Source of the DNA: an uncultured Chlamydiales bacterium
GTDB lineage: Bacteria; Chlamydiota; Chlamydiia; Chlamydiales; FEN-1388
Assembly (NCBI GenBank): GCA_963785335.1
Contig: CAWAUW010000002.1
Location: forward strand, 168,952-232,951
Length of the DNA stretch: 64,000 bases
Direction: 5' to 3'
In this document: positions 37,135 to 46,938 of the stretch, piece by piece
Layout: the number at the start of each line of letters is the position of its first letter
Numbering within the stretch: the first letter of the stretch is position 1
Notes under the pieces: generated by a model
Seen by the model: only the letters and a program-made list of their open reading frames with translations
The model's database searches: none
Told to the model about the DNA's origin: nothing
Program-made: the position numbers and the translations under genes

Positions 37135-38682
37135 ATGATGAAAAAGCCTTTAACGACAAGCCCTCTTGAAGAAACAACGGCAAGTAAAATCGCAGAACCT
37201 TGCGTACTTGTGATATTTGGCGCAACAGGTGATCTTACTGCAAGAAAACTCGTACCGGCAATTTACAACCTTAAGCGCGAAGGTCAGCTCCCTTCACACT
37301 TTGCCTGCGTAGGCTTTGCCCGCAGACAAAAAACACACGAGCAGTTTCGTACTGAGATGTTTGATGCCATTAGCAAGTACTCACGCGTAAAACCTGTTGA
37401 CCAAAATATCTGGAGCACCTTTTCAGAGCAAATTTTTTATCATATATCAGAATTTGATAACGATGAAGGCTACGAATCTCTAAAAGTGTTTTTACAAGAC
37501 ATCGATACGCGCTTTGGTACCAAAGGTAACCGTATTTTTTATCTGTCAGTACCTCCTAGCCATTTTGATCTCATTGTTCAAAAGCTTGGCAGCCATGAGC
37601 TTATTTACCCTTCAAATGACCCTCAGGGCAGATGGTCAAAGGTTATCATCGAAAAGCCCTTTGGACACGACCTAGCATCGGCCTACGAGCTGCAAGAAAG
37701 TATTGGCAAACACCTCAAAGAAGACCAAATCTACCGTATTGATCACTGGCTTGGTAAAGAAACAGTCCAAAACTTGCTTGTAATGCGTTTTGGAAATGCT
37801 ATTTTTGAATCTGTATGGAATAACCGCTATATTGACTCTGTACAAATTACGGTTGCAGAAGATCTTGGCGTTGGCACCAGAGGCAAGTTTTGGGAAGAAG
37901 CGGGAATGATGCGCGACATTGTGCAAAACCATATGATGCAGCTTTTGTCACTAGTTGCCATGGAGCCTCCAGTAGATATCAAAGCAGATTCTATACGTGA
38001 TGAAAAAGTAAAAGTACTGCACTCTATTCGGCCCATACCACTGCACCATCTTGAACAACATGTAATTAGAGGCCAATACGGTCCGGGTTTTGTCGACGGT
38101 GAAGCTGTAAAGGGCTATCGCCAAGAAGATAATGTCTCTGAAACATCAAATGTCGAAACCTATGTTGCCATGCAGTTATTTATTGACAATTGGCGCTGGG
38201 CAGGTGTTCCATTTTTTCTTAGAGCAGGAAAGCGCCTTCCTAAAAAAGCCACCGAAATTGCAGTTATCTTTAAAGAAGCACCGGGTGTGCTTTTCAATCG
38301 CCCATGTCATAGAGATGATTCTAATGTCCTGGTAATACGCATTCAGCCAGATGAAGGCATTGGTCTTCGTATAAACTCCAAAGTTCCAGGCATAAATAAC
38401 CCCATACAACCTGTGCGCATGGATTTTCGCTATGGCTCTTATTTTGGGGTGACTCCTCCAGAGGCCTATGAACGATTGATTATAGACTGTATTTTGGGAG
38501 ATTCCACTCTTTTTGCTAGAGAAGATGAAGTAATGGCCTCCTGGAAGTTATTGTCGCCTGTATTACAGCGCTGGCAAGAAGTTCGGCCGCATGACTTTCC
38601 AAATTATCCTGCAGGATCATGGGGCCCAGCTGTTAGTGAACAGCTGATGCTAAAAAGTGCAAGACACTGGCGATTTGTATAA
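37135..38682 (+). CDS. zwf: Glucose-6-phosphate 1-dehydrogenase
   Basis: VIFGATGDLTARKL (NADP site) and RIDHWLGKE (active-site motif). Confidence 0.95.
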   Translation: MMKKPLTTSPLEETTASKIAEPCVLVIFGATGDLTARKLVPAIYNLKREGQLPSHFACVGFARRQKTHEQFRTEMFDAISKYSRVKPVDQNIWSTFSEQIFYHISEFDNDEGYESLKVFLQDIDTRFGTKGNRIFYLSVPPSHFDLIVQKLGSHELIYPSNDPQGRWSKVIIEKPFGHDLASAYELQESIGKHLKEDQIYRIDHWLGKETVQNLLVMRFGNAIFESVWNNRYIDSVQITVAEDLGVGTRGKFWEEAGMMRDIVQNHMMQLLSLVAMEPPVDIKADSIRDEKVKVLHSIRPIPLHHLEQHVIRGQYGPGFVDGEAVKGYRQEDNVSETSNVETYVAMQLFIDNWRWAGVPFFLRAGKRLPKKATEIAVIFKEAPGVLFNRPCHRDDSNVLVIRIQPDEGIGLRINSKVPGINNPIQPVRMDFRYGSYFGVTPPEAYERLIIDCILGDSTLFAREDEVMASWKLLSPVLQRWQEVRPHDFPNYPAGSWGPAVSEQLMLKSARHWRFV

Positions 38683-38700
38683 ACATTCTTAGGTTATCAT

Positions 38701-39768
38701 ATGGAAAATGAAGTTCGAGAAAATATTGAAGTCGCAGTTGAAGGCCAAAACCTTATTAAGGCATCCCTTTTTAACCTCATTGTCGTGGCAAATAGCCCAC
38801 AAAGAGGTCAAGAGTGCCAGGAACTTGTGCGCCTCGTAACAGAAAAATTTCCTTGCCGGGTTATTTTTGTGCAGTCCGATGATTCAAGTCAGGCTGATTT
38901 TTTTCATACAGAACACACAATTCAGTCTATAGGATCAGGAAATACACGCGTCTGCTTTGATCTTTTTAGAATAGACTCCTCTACGAACCAGCTGCATAAA
39001 GTACCTTTTCTTATTTTACCACAGATCATGCCCGATCTTCCGGTATATATCCTTCTGGGCCATGATCCAACCCAAGATCACATAATTTTACCTCAAATAC
39101 AAAAGTATGCAAACCGCATCGTATTTGACTGCGAATCAATCAATAACCTGCAACGCTTTAGCGAACGAATGCTTGCCATGATACACGAAAGCTCAGGAGA
39201 TCTTATCGATGTAAACTGGGCCCGCACCAAAGCATGGCGCGAAGTGATGGCAAGAGTATTTAATGATGAGGAAAAACTTGAACATCTAAATCAAGCAAAG
39301 CTTATTCAAATTTCATTTGCTGGCCGTGCTTTTCAATCGCAGCCGCAGCACGAACTACAAGCACTTTATCTGCAAGCATGGCTTGCTGCCCAGCTGGGAT
39401 GGACCCTTGATTGCGTTACTAAACAAGATGCCCACCTTAGCATATCCTACAAATCACATCTTGGCCCCATAACTATATCTATTGCTCCAAAAGATACTGA
39501 AATTTTAGAAACAGGTGCTATTTTTTGTGTAGAAGTGATGACGCATAGTGAAGCGCATTACCTAATATCTCATGAGCGAGACCGCCAGCTTGTTACTGTT
39601 CATGCCTCCACTTTAGAGCGCTGTGAAATGCCTTTTACGATATTTTTGCAAAATTATCAAAAGGGAACTGCCCTTGTAAATGAGATCTTCTACCAGCCCT
39701 TTAGCGAACATTATCAGCCCATGCTGCATTCATTTAATAATACATACTGGGCCCAAGGTGGTCTTTAA
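38701..39768 (+). CDS. opcA: OpcA-like glucose-6-phosphate dehydrogenase assembly protein
   Basis: Sits between zwf and pgl. SLFNLIVVAN....FPCRVIFVQSDD resembles the OpcA N-terminal signature (..TLVIV....HPCRVIVL) as I recall it. Confidence 0.6.
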   Translation: MENEVRENIEVAVEGQNLIKASLFNLIVVANSPQRGQECQELVRLVTEKFPCRVIFVQSDDSSQADFFHTEHTIQSIGSGNTRVCFDLFRIDSSTNQLHKVPFLILPQIMPDLPVYILLGHDPTQDHIILPQIQKYANRIVFDCESINNLQRFSERMLAMIHESSGDLIDVNWARTKAWREVMARVFNDEEKLEHLNQAKLIQISFAGRAFQSQPQHELQALYLQAWLAAQLGWTLDCVTKQDAHLSISYKSHLGPITISIAPKDTEILETGAIFCVEVMTHSEAHYLISHERDRQLVTVHASTLERCEMPFTIFLQNYQKGTALVNEIFYQPFSEHYQPMLHSFNNTYWAQGGL

Positions 39769-40478
39769 TGCCAAAAATCAATCGAACGCTAATAAGCTTA
39801 GATAGCGAAGAAAAAGTCATAGATTTTTGCATTATACACTTTGTAGATGAGGCAAACTTTGCAATTGACACTCACGACAGCTTTTGTGTAGCACTCTCTG
39901 GCGGCTCAACTCCCAAAAAATTCTATGATGCACTCACGCAATCCGAAGAAGCTAAAGCACTCGATTGGTCAAAAATTTACCTTTTTTGGAGTGATGAGCG
40001 ATCTGTTGCCCCAACCGACCCCAATTCCAACTACCACATGGCCATGGAATTTTTTTCTAAAGCTCCATTTAACAGTGCAAAAGCCTTTCGCATGCAGGCA
40101 GAGCGGCCCGATCGTGAAAAGTCTGCCGCTGAATACGCCGAGCTCATTTTAAAACACTGCCATCATGCAAGACTCGATCTTGTATACCTCGGCCTTGGCG
40201 AGGATGGCCACATAGCATCCCTTTTTCCGGGAACCGAAGCCCTTAAAGTGACAAATAAGCTTGTATGTGCAAACTTTGTGCCAACTCTCAACACCTGGCG
40301 CATGACGCTTACCCTTACCTGCATCAATTCAGCCTGCAATATCCTCCTTATTGCTACCGGCAGCAAAAAAACCGCTATTTTGCATGAAGTTTTAGACGAC
40401 AAAGACCAAACAAAATACCCAGCCCAGGCCATAAGCGGCAAGGAAACTCCTGCTTTCTTTGTCACAGACGCCTACTAG
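39768..40478 (+). CDS. pgl: 6-phosphogluconolactonase
   Basis: ALSGGSTPK, FWSDERSV and LGLGEDGHIASLFPG motifs. The start overlaps the opcA stop. Confidence 0.9.
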   Translation: MPKINRTLISLDSEEKVIDFCIIHFVDEANFAIDTHDSFCVALSGGSTPKKFYDALTQSEEAKALDWSKIYLFWSDERSVAPTDPNSNYHMAMEFFSKAPFNSAKAFRMQAERPDREKSAAEYAELILKHCHHARLDLVYLGLGEDGHIASLFPGTEALKVTNKLVCANFVPTLNTWRMTLTLTCINSACNILLIATGSKKTAILHEVLDDKDQTKYPAQAISGKETPAFFVTDAY

Positions 40479-40602
40479 AAAGATAATCAAGATCAAGAGA
40501 ATAGTACACCCTCTCTAAAATTTAATTTAAAATATTGTTTATAGGTGATAAGATAAGGTTGATAACAAAATATAGCGCCGTTTAGGTGCAAGGTAGGAAA
40601 CC

Positions 40603-41967
40603 ATGCAAGTAACTCCAGGACAAACTCCGAGTCAAACTCCTACACCAGAGGTAGGAAGCCCAAATAGACCATCCATCTTAGAACTTGCAGATTCTGCACG
40701 CCAAGTTTCTATAAGCGACGATACAAAAAGCCCAACGACCAAAGAAAAACTGACATTGAAAACATTTTTTGGAGCCATTGGCAAGTCCATGGAATCAGCA
40801 CGTAATTTTTTTACAAAACTGACAGAAATCAAAGAAATTCCTGAAAAGCATAAAGAGCAGTATGCCAAATTTAAAGAAGCCTACGAAGACTTTAATGCTG
40901 CATTAAAGGATCTTAAAACACCTCAAGAGATACAGGCGCCAAAGCCTCAAGTAACAAAAGAGCAACAAAAGCGCCTTGATGCATTTGATGCAGAATTAGA
41001 AGGCATCAGTCCCCCTGTTTCAGAATCTAAAGAAGTTCCAGAACAAAAAGTTAACTCAGATATTATTGACACGATCCTGCGTCATGCCCAAAAGATCGAT
41101 AAGTCAGAAGGTGCGCGCTATAACCGCTTAGAAAATTTAAAACCTGGATTACTTGACTTCAAATCACTTGATAAAGCCGCAAAAGCCCTACAGGATCAAA
41201 CCAAGCTGCTGCGTAATCCCGAAAACTATACATGGTCATTCACTGATCGCCTTCGGGCAACACCAGGTGAAGTAAAGGCTGAAATAACCGCCGTCGTACA
41301 TAAAATACTCCGAACAGATACACGTAAAGCTGCAGAAAAAGAAAAAAGCCAATTTATTCAGTTTCTGCGCGATAGCGGATATACTGAAAGAAGCAAAGAA
41401 TTCATAACGGAACTTGCAAATGCCCGACTTATTGACAACCCGCCAGATGCATTAAAAAAAGCCATAGATGAAGCAGAAGATGTCCTTCTTAAAATTCGTC
41501 CAAACATGAATCCTAAAACTGTATCTACTAAAGAGCTGCAACAAAGCTATCAAATTCTAAAAGAAGCTTCTACAAAGATTGGCACGGCACTACGAGAATA
41601 TCAGGCAACTTTACCCGCTGAAGAAGTAAAAACAGCCCAAAAACCACAGGTAGCTCAAGTTGCAGCAAAACCCATAAGGGCTGTAGCAAATCCAATTAAG
41701 GAATTGGAAAAAGAACTCGATACTATTAAAAAAGAAAAAGTGCAACTTCGCCAACAAATGAATGAAAAAACAGCAAATATTATGCATGAACTTGGTACTA
41801 AAGGCATGCTTGAGCTTAGCGAAAAAGACGTTCGAGGCCTTTCATCCGAAGAAGAGCATCTATTGGTTGACATGGCCAATTTATTGTCTCGCGAAGTGCA
41901 TGTTTTAGATGATCTTCGAATCCAAAACCTTGCCCAACATGGCATTAAAATTATCCCTACAGCTTAG
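40603..41967 (+). CDS. Hypothetical 454-aa Lys/Glu-rich protein with a Pro/Ser/Thr-rich N-terminus (coiled-coil character inferred from composition only)
   Basis: Clean ORF. N-terminus MQVTPGQTPSQTPTPEVGSPNRPS. Lys/Glu-rich body suggestive of helices. No enzymatic motif. Confidence 0.5.
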   Translation: MQVTPGQTPSQTPTPEVGSPNRPSILELADSARQVSISDDTKSPTTKEKLTLKTFFGAIGKSMESARNFFTKLTEIKEIPEKHKEQYAKFKEAYEDFNAALKDLKTPQEIQAPKPQVTKEQQKRLDAFDAELEGISPPVSESKEVPEQKVNSDIIDTILRHAQKIDKSEGARYNRLENLKPGLLDFKSLDKAAKALQDQTKLLRNPENYTWSFTDRLRATPGEVKAEITAVVHKILRTDTRKAAEKEKSQFIQFLRDSGYTERSKEFITELANARLIDNPPDALKKAIDEAEDVLLKIRPNMNPKTVSTKELQQSYQILKEASTKIGTALREYQATLPAEEVKTAQKPQVAQVAAKPIRAVANPIKELEKELDTIKKEKVQLRQQMNEKTANIMHELGTKGMLELSEKDVRGLSSEEEHLLVDMANLLSREVHVLDDLRIQNLAQHGIKIIPTA

Positions 41968-41983
41968 AAAAATAAATATAATT

Positions 41984-42692
41984 TTAACCGCAGAGAAAAC
42001 AGCCGAGGAAATACCGAGGAATACAATTAAAAAAAACACATGATAATAGGGGTAGTATTTTACTGCGGAAGCAGTTTAAGTGGGAAGCCCCGCGTGAAAT
42101 GAAAGGCCGGTAGGCCTGTAATGGAACGTGGGGATAAAATGAGCATATCATAGAGCTGCGGCAGCACATAAGCGTTAAGCTAACGTAAGTGCGTAGGCCG
42201 CAAGGTCTTCTGGAGTGCGGTAATTATTTACCGCTCTTAATTTTCGCCCACGCGCCTTCGCCTCAGTAGCCTCCAAAGCTAAAAAGCAGGTAAAAGTATA
42301 TTTAGCGAAAAGTCTTGCGGCACAGCTGAGGGTATTTGTATGTATTGGACCTTTATGAGGAATAGTGTGTGGTCGAAAATTAAGAGCGGTAAATAATTAC
42401 CGCACTCCAGAGCTTCGCTCAAGGCTACTGCTCACTAGGTGGTTACGTTAGCTTAACGCGTATGTGCTGCCGCAGTAGCGTTAAGCCTTGGCGTAAGTAC
42501 AGTTCATTTAATATTTTTTTCTTGATCTCGATCGTGATCTTAATCTTGATCTTCTTTTTAACATGTGCTTTATACTCAAAATACCGAAAAAAGAAAGATT
42601 AAGATTAAGATCAAGATCAAGATTAAGATCAAAAAATGGCTTAAATGAATGGTATTGGGCACCAGAGCCACCTATATACTTTATAGGTGGCT
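41984..42692. repeat. Intergenic stack of four palindrome types
   Basis: Word run at 41984-42030. Hairpin 42088-42133. Outer IR 42155-42188/42443-42475 enclosing the F2 element 42209-42246/42374-42411. GATCTT-word palindrome 42503-42650. Hairpin 42666-42692 followed by a T-run. Confidence 0.85.
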
Positions 42693-42698
42693 TTTGGA

Positions 42699-45572
42699 TT
42701 ATTTAGAGAAGTCAATTGACATAGTCTGTCCACCTGAACCTACTATGCTATACCCTCTCAGCTTCTTACAGGCTTTAAAATTAAAGGCTTGAATACGCTG
42801 TATTTGATCTTGATCATCTGTTTGAAAGGTAAGTTTTGTAAGGTGACTAAACTGACTAAGTAGCTCTAGATCCTCTGAAGGATTACAAGATAAAGTAAGT
42901 TCTTTCACAGTTGCTGCTTTTTTTGATTCTAATAGGCACTTTAAAAGCGATTGCTGAGATGATGCAAACAATGCAATTGAAGCAATGGTTGAGTGAGAAT
43001 CAAGCAGTTTAGGAAGTGACTGTACGAGTTCCGGATCCTGTTCAAGAGAATCCACCATCAATCTTATGCTGCGAAGTGTAGGATGTGCATGTGCCTGTTG
43101 TCGTTCGGCAAGGCTTCCTATTTGCGCACCACTCTTTGCCCATATTGAAAGATAAGTTAAGCTTTGACTCATACCTACCCAAGCAAGCGTACCTGGCTCA
43201 AGATCAACATCCACTAAACAAAGTTCTTGTAGATTTCTTTGCAAATCTCTGCAGCTTGAAAAATCTAGCCTATTTGAAATTTTTTTGAGAGTAAGAGATC
43301 GTAGATTTAAGGCATTTAAACTTGGCAGTGACACCTCGCCATCACTAAGCGTAAGAGTCTGCAACAGAGGGAAAGCTCTGGCAAGCTCTTGCACCTCATG
43401 AGATGAGCTCTCTCCAGTTAATGGCATGCTTAGTGCTGTAAGGCTAGAGCAGTTTGCAAATTTATGTATTTCTTCTGCATACAAGCCCTCATGAAGAATA
43501 AGTGTTGTAAGATTGGGAAATACGCTTGTATCAAGCCAGCTGCGAGCTGTTGGGTTTAATACTGCCACAATATCCGTAAGTGCTTGTGAATCTAAATAAG
43601 CAAAGCGTGAAAGAATATTTTCGCTACTACAATAATCTACACTATTAGTGCTTGCAATACAACGACAGCCAAACTGAATCATCTTGGTATCGAGGCTATT
43701 TTTTATAGGCAATTCTACGCCCATGTCCAAAAGTTCAACATAAAGATTTGAAAGAAACGCAAATATTTGAATTACTTGCTTTTCTGTGAAAGTCATTTTA
43801 CCTTCAAAAAGCCTTTCGGCAGCCGCGGCAATAGCAAAAAAGAGTCGATGATGTTCCTGTGGGTCAATAGTAAGCCGTTTTGGATCATACAGCGTAATTA
43901 ACTTAAGAAAATCATCTGAGGATAATGCTGGAAGGCGCTCTTCAAGAGTAGAATAAGGCAATAGCAGCCTTCGGGCTTGAACAAGACGCAGCCACAAAAA
44001 TGCCGAGAGTTTTTGTTCAAATGCGGGTGTATGTAGTGGGTTAATTGACAATTCGGCAACCTCAAAGGGCATTTCTAACAAATCGGCAAGTTCAAAAAGA
44101 ACTACGATTTCCTCTGGGGTTAACTCGGAAAATTCATACTGATTTCTTTGAAACGCCACTGAAAGTTGGTTAAAGATATTTTCTGGATCTTTAGCGTGCA
44201 CTACCATTTCACGAATAAGATCTGATAAATCAATTCTAGGTTTTTCAGGTTCTTCTGTTCTTCCTACTAAAGGTAGTGAATCCCAAACACCCCGAAAAGA
44301 CCAGGTTTGAAGCTGCTGTATTTGATCTTGGGAACAACAATCTCTTTGCAGCATATTTGAAATGGTAGCGAGCACAAGAATACTCATATGAATTCGATAT
44401 TTTCCAAAACAAAGCTGCACATCGCATGGAAAAGCTTTTAGATGTGTGAATAAAATGCGCGCATTCGTTCGAACAAGAGTTACTGTAGCATCCAACGAGT
44501 CTTGAGACAACTCTTTAGAAAAAAACAGTTTACCTAAATGCAAAAGCGCCCAGCCATGTAAAGCTGAAAGTTCTACTTCTGTACAAGCATATTTATTAAT
44601 ATTGGTTTGAATCCATGCTCTGAGAATTGCATTTCTATCTTCATCTGATTCGGCACTTTCTAATTTACTTAGGAGCTCTATTGCGCTGTTTGTAAGATCA
44701 TTCCAATAAGTAAAAATATCAGTAACAGCCTGATTTTGACTTTGCAAATCTAGCTTAAGACGTCTGCATAATCCGTTCAAAGCTATAAGTTTGCCTTCAC
44801 ATTCTTCAAGAATTGCCCCACATGCATCTAACTGCCTTTGTACAGGTTCTAATTGTTGCAAGATAAATGAAAGGCCTTGTTTTTTTTGAAGGCTATCCTT
44901 AGAGAGAATTTTTGTAATTGACCCAGATGCAAGTGCCACTTCTTCTCGAACTTCTTTCAAACTTGCTTCATTTGATCCAAATTTGCTTTTCACATTTTCA
45001 ATAACAGCACTTCGCAGAACACCGTGATGTTTTTTAAAGTTTTGTGGAACAGACTTATCTAGTTCTAGTAATAAATCAATGGCCTCCGAAATTTTATCTT
45101 GGCGAATGAGCGTTGCTAATGTGCATTCTTGAATAAAAAAATAGCGTTCGGAGCCTATTTCATACTTTAATGCCTGCTGCAATGTTATGTAAGACTCGTA
45201 AGCAAGACTAACATGTCCTTTTTCAAATGCCCCTCGAGCTATGACCTCTTTTCCTCGTACAGCCTCATCAAAGCATGCTATAAGTGTCTCACAGCTTTTC
45301 GAAGTTATAATTCTTGGAGATAAGCCATTGGATGTAACTGCCAGGTTCAACGCCGCAAATAGATTCGATATTTTTTGCACTCTTTGCGAAAATACAACTA
45401 TGTCGCCTACCTCTTGAGCCTTATGACCATTAAGAGTTGGTTTACCGGTAAATTTTGCAATAGCGACATCTGCTTTTTGTTCTAGTTGAGCCAGTGCCTG
45501 CTTATATTGATCTTCGGAAGTAATTACTCTACCTGAATACTCTGTTGATGAACCTGAAGGCAATAAATTCAT
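42699..45572 (-). CDS. 957-aa protein: N-terminal region of unassigned fold plus C-terminal leucine-rich repeats
   Basis: The C-terminal ~300 aa have LRR periodicity (LTTLILHEG, LTALSMPL, LQTLTLSDG, LRSLTLKKI, LQELCLVDV, LTYLSIWAK, VKELTLSCN, LTKLTFQTD). Confidence 0.6.
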   Translation of the reverse strand: MNLLPSGSSTEYSGRVITSEDQYKQALAQLEQKADVAIAKFTGKPTLNGHKAQEVGDIVVFSQRVQKISNLFAALNLAVTSNGLSPRIITSKSCETLIACFDEAVRGKEVIARGAFEKGHVSLAYESYITLQQALKYEIGSERYFFIQECTLATLIRQDKISEAIDLLLELDKSVPQNFKKHHGVLRSAVIENVKSKFGSNEASLKEVREEVALASGSITKILSKDSLQKKQGLSFILQQLEPVQRQLDACGAILEECEGKLIALNGLCRRLKLDLQSQNQAVTDIFTYWNDLTNSAIELLSKLESAESDEDRNAILRAWIQTNINKYACTEVELSALHGWALLHLGKLFFSKELSQDSLDATVTLVRTNARILFTHLKAFPCDVQLCFGKYRIHMSILVLATISNMLQRDCCSQDQIQQLQTWSFRGVWDSLPLVGRTEEPEKPRIDLSDLIREMVVHAKDPENIFNQLSVAFQRNQYEFSELTPEEIVVLFELADLLEMPFEVAELSINPLHTPAFEQKLSAFLWLRLVQARRLLLPYSTLEERLPALSSDDFLKLITLYDPKRLTIDPQEHHRLFFAIAAAAERLFEGKMTFTEKQVIQIFAFLSNLYVELLDMGVELPIKNSLDTKMIQFGCRCIASTNSVDYCSSENILSRFAYLDSQALTDIVAVLNPTARSWLDTSVFPNLTTLILHEGLYAEEIHKFANCSSLTALSMPLTGESSSHEVQELARAFPLLQTLTLSDGEVSLPSLNALNLRSLTLKKISNRLDFSSCRDLQRNLQELCLVDVDLEPGTLAWVGMSQSLTYLSIWAKSGAQIGSLAERQQAHAHPTLRSIRLMVDSLEQDPELVQSLPKLLDSHSTIASIALFASSQQSLLKCLLESKKAATVKELTLSCNPSEDLELLSQFSHLTKLTFQTDDQDQIQRIQAFNFKACKKLRGYSIVGSGGQTMSIDFSK

Positions 45573-45778
45573 AGCCTATCCCTTTATTTTATGTAATTAT
45601 TACACTGTTTCTCAAAGAATGCAGAAACTAGTTGTTTCTCATCTTAGGCATATTTCATTTTTCATGGAAATATCTTTTTTCGATAATTAGCAATAATAAA
45701 AGAATAAATATTTTATTTTGGTAATAAGTAGGGCTTGAATGTAGTAAATTCTAGAATTACAACTGATCAAATAAGCTG

Positions 45779-46750
45779 CTAATCTTGACGAAGCCTTTGC
45801 ACGCCTTTGATAGAAGACTCATACGTAATTTCAGGAAAATGACTAAGAAGTCGCCTGAGGCCAAAAGGAGTAATTTGCTCACAGTACTCTATATCTAGCT
45901 CTTTGATTTTACGTCCTGATGCAATAAGAACATCTACCCACTCATCAGTAATCTGTGAGCAGCCCCATAAATTAAGCTTTTCAAGGCTCTGGCACCTCGT
46001 AACTAATGCAGTAAATGCTTCAATGGTCATTTTTTCGCATTCTGCGGCTCCAAATTCTGTAAGCCCCTTGCAATATATAGAAGTTGCATAGACTGCGGCA
46101 TCTCTTAACAACGGACAACAATCAAATGAAATAACCTTGAGGGTAGGACACATCTTTACCACTGCTAGCACACCTTCGTAAGTTATGTGAGGGCATGCAA
46201 ACAAAGAAAGTTTCACTAAATTCGGGCAATAACGGGCTATTGCGAAAAGCGTTTTGTCTGTCAGGTTGGGGCATAATCCAATTTCAATTGTATGCATAAA
46301 ACGTCGATCTTCTAAAACACAAATAAATGCTTTATCCGTGATATAATTACCTTGTGGAAATGAAAGTTTAGTAAATGGTTGACGGTTTGCAAACCAGATA
46401 AAGTCTTCGTCAGTCATCTGAAAAGATGAATTTGCTCCGATTTCAAGCCAATCATAATATTGACTTCCTTCGGCTATATTACGACTATGTGGTTCCAATT
46501 CATCGTTACATTTGAGCGACATATTGTTAATGCTGTCAATTACTTCATCAAAGTTTTGATCATCATCTTGATCATCACAGAATCGAACAACTTTATGTTT
46601 TTTAAGTCCTTCATTTGGCCGCATGCCCTCTAAGCTTTGTTTTGTAACACGTGCGGTTTTTTCATCAAGGGATCGCTTTTTACTTCCATCTTCATGAATA
46701 GAAAAATCAACTAAGGTATCGATGTAAGGACGAGGAGAAGTAGGATGCAT
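45779..46750 (-). CDS. Eukaryote-like cysteine-containing LRR (LRR_CC / FBXL-AMN1 type) protein
   Basis: ~26-aa repeats of the form C.xLxxLxLxxCxxITDxxL (CPNLVKLSLFACPHITYEGV, CPTLKVISFDCCPLLRDAAV, CQSLEKLNLWGCSQITDEWV, IKELDIEYCEQITPFGL). ATG at 46750 is preferred over the extended start at 46822, which abuts repeat DNA. Confidence 0.7.
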   Translation of the reverse strand: MHPTSPRPYIDTLVDFSIHEDGSKKRSLDEKTARVTKQSLEGMRPNEGLKKHKVVRFCDDQDDDQNFDEVIDSINNMSLKCNDELEPHSRNIAEGSQYYDWLEIGANSSFQMTDEDFIWFANRQPFTKLSFPQGNYITDKAFICVLEDRRFMHTIEIGLCPNLTDKTLFAIARYCPNLVKLSLFACPHITYEGVLAVVKMCPTLKVISFDCCPLLRDAAVYATSIYCKGLTEFGAAECEKMTIEAFTALVTRCQSLEKLNLWGCSQITDEWVDVLIASGRKIKELDIEYCEQITPFGLRRLLSHFPEITYESSIKGVQRLRQD

Positions 46751-46822
46751 TTTAAGTCTCAATAATGTAAAAATCCGAGTGATTTTACCAACAAAATTCA
46801 CTAAAAATAAAGTTCTTTCCAA

Positions 46823-46906
46823 TTAAAAAAACAATTCACCGCGAAGCTCGCGAAGGCAGCGTAGAAAAGAGAGCTCTTCTCTACCTTTTCGTGAATTGTT
46901 TTTTGT
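46823..46906. repeat. Palindrome with CGCGAAG words (family F5)
   Basis: AAAAAACAATTCAC...GTGAATTGTTTTTT outer arms. Inner CGCGAAGCTCGCGAAGG and GTAGAAAAGAGAGCTCTTCTCTAC. Confidence 0.7.
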
Positions 46907-46938
46907 TTTTTTAATATAGAACTGATAGGATTATTAGC

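Noticed and set aside
42503-42650. Possible CRISPR-like array (short GATCTT/AAGATC repeats). The same question applies to the 64-bp tandem units at 61703-61910.
   Set aside because: The repeats are 6-7-nt words or hairpin modules arranged as inverted arms. There are no unique spacers of 25-40 nt, no leader and no cas genes in the window.
42666-42697. Hairpin AGCCACCTATA..TATAGGTGGCT plus T-run as the terminator of the minus-strand LRR gene (stop at 42699).
   Set aside because: The T-run follows the hairpin on the plus strand, not the minus strand. If it is a terminator, it serves plus-strand transcription coming through the repeat stack. It is kept only as part of the repeat-complex feature.
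45779-46822. An F-box (or the longer N-terminus MERTLFLVNFVGKITRIF...) on the LRR_CC protein.
   Set aside because: I could not find the LPxEhhxxIhxxL F-box pattern in the N-terminal 150 aa. The extended start abuts the palindrome at 46823 and is unlikely to be real, so the ATG at 46750 is preferred.
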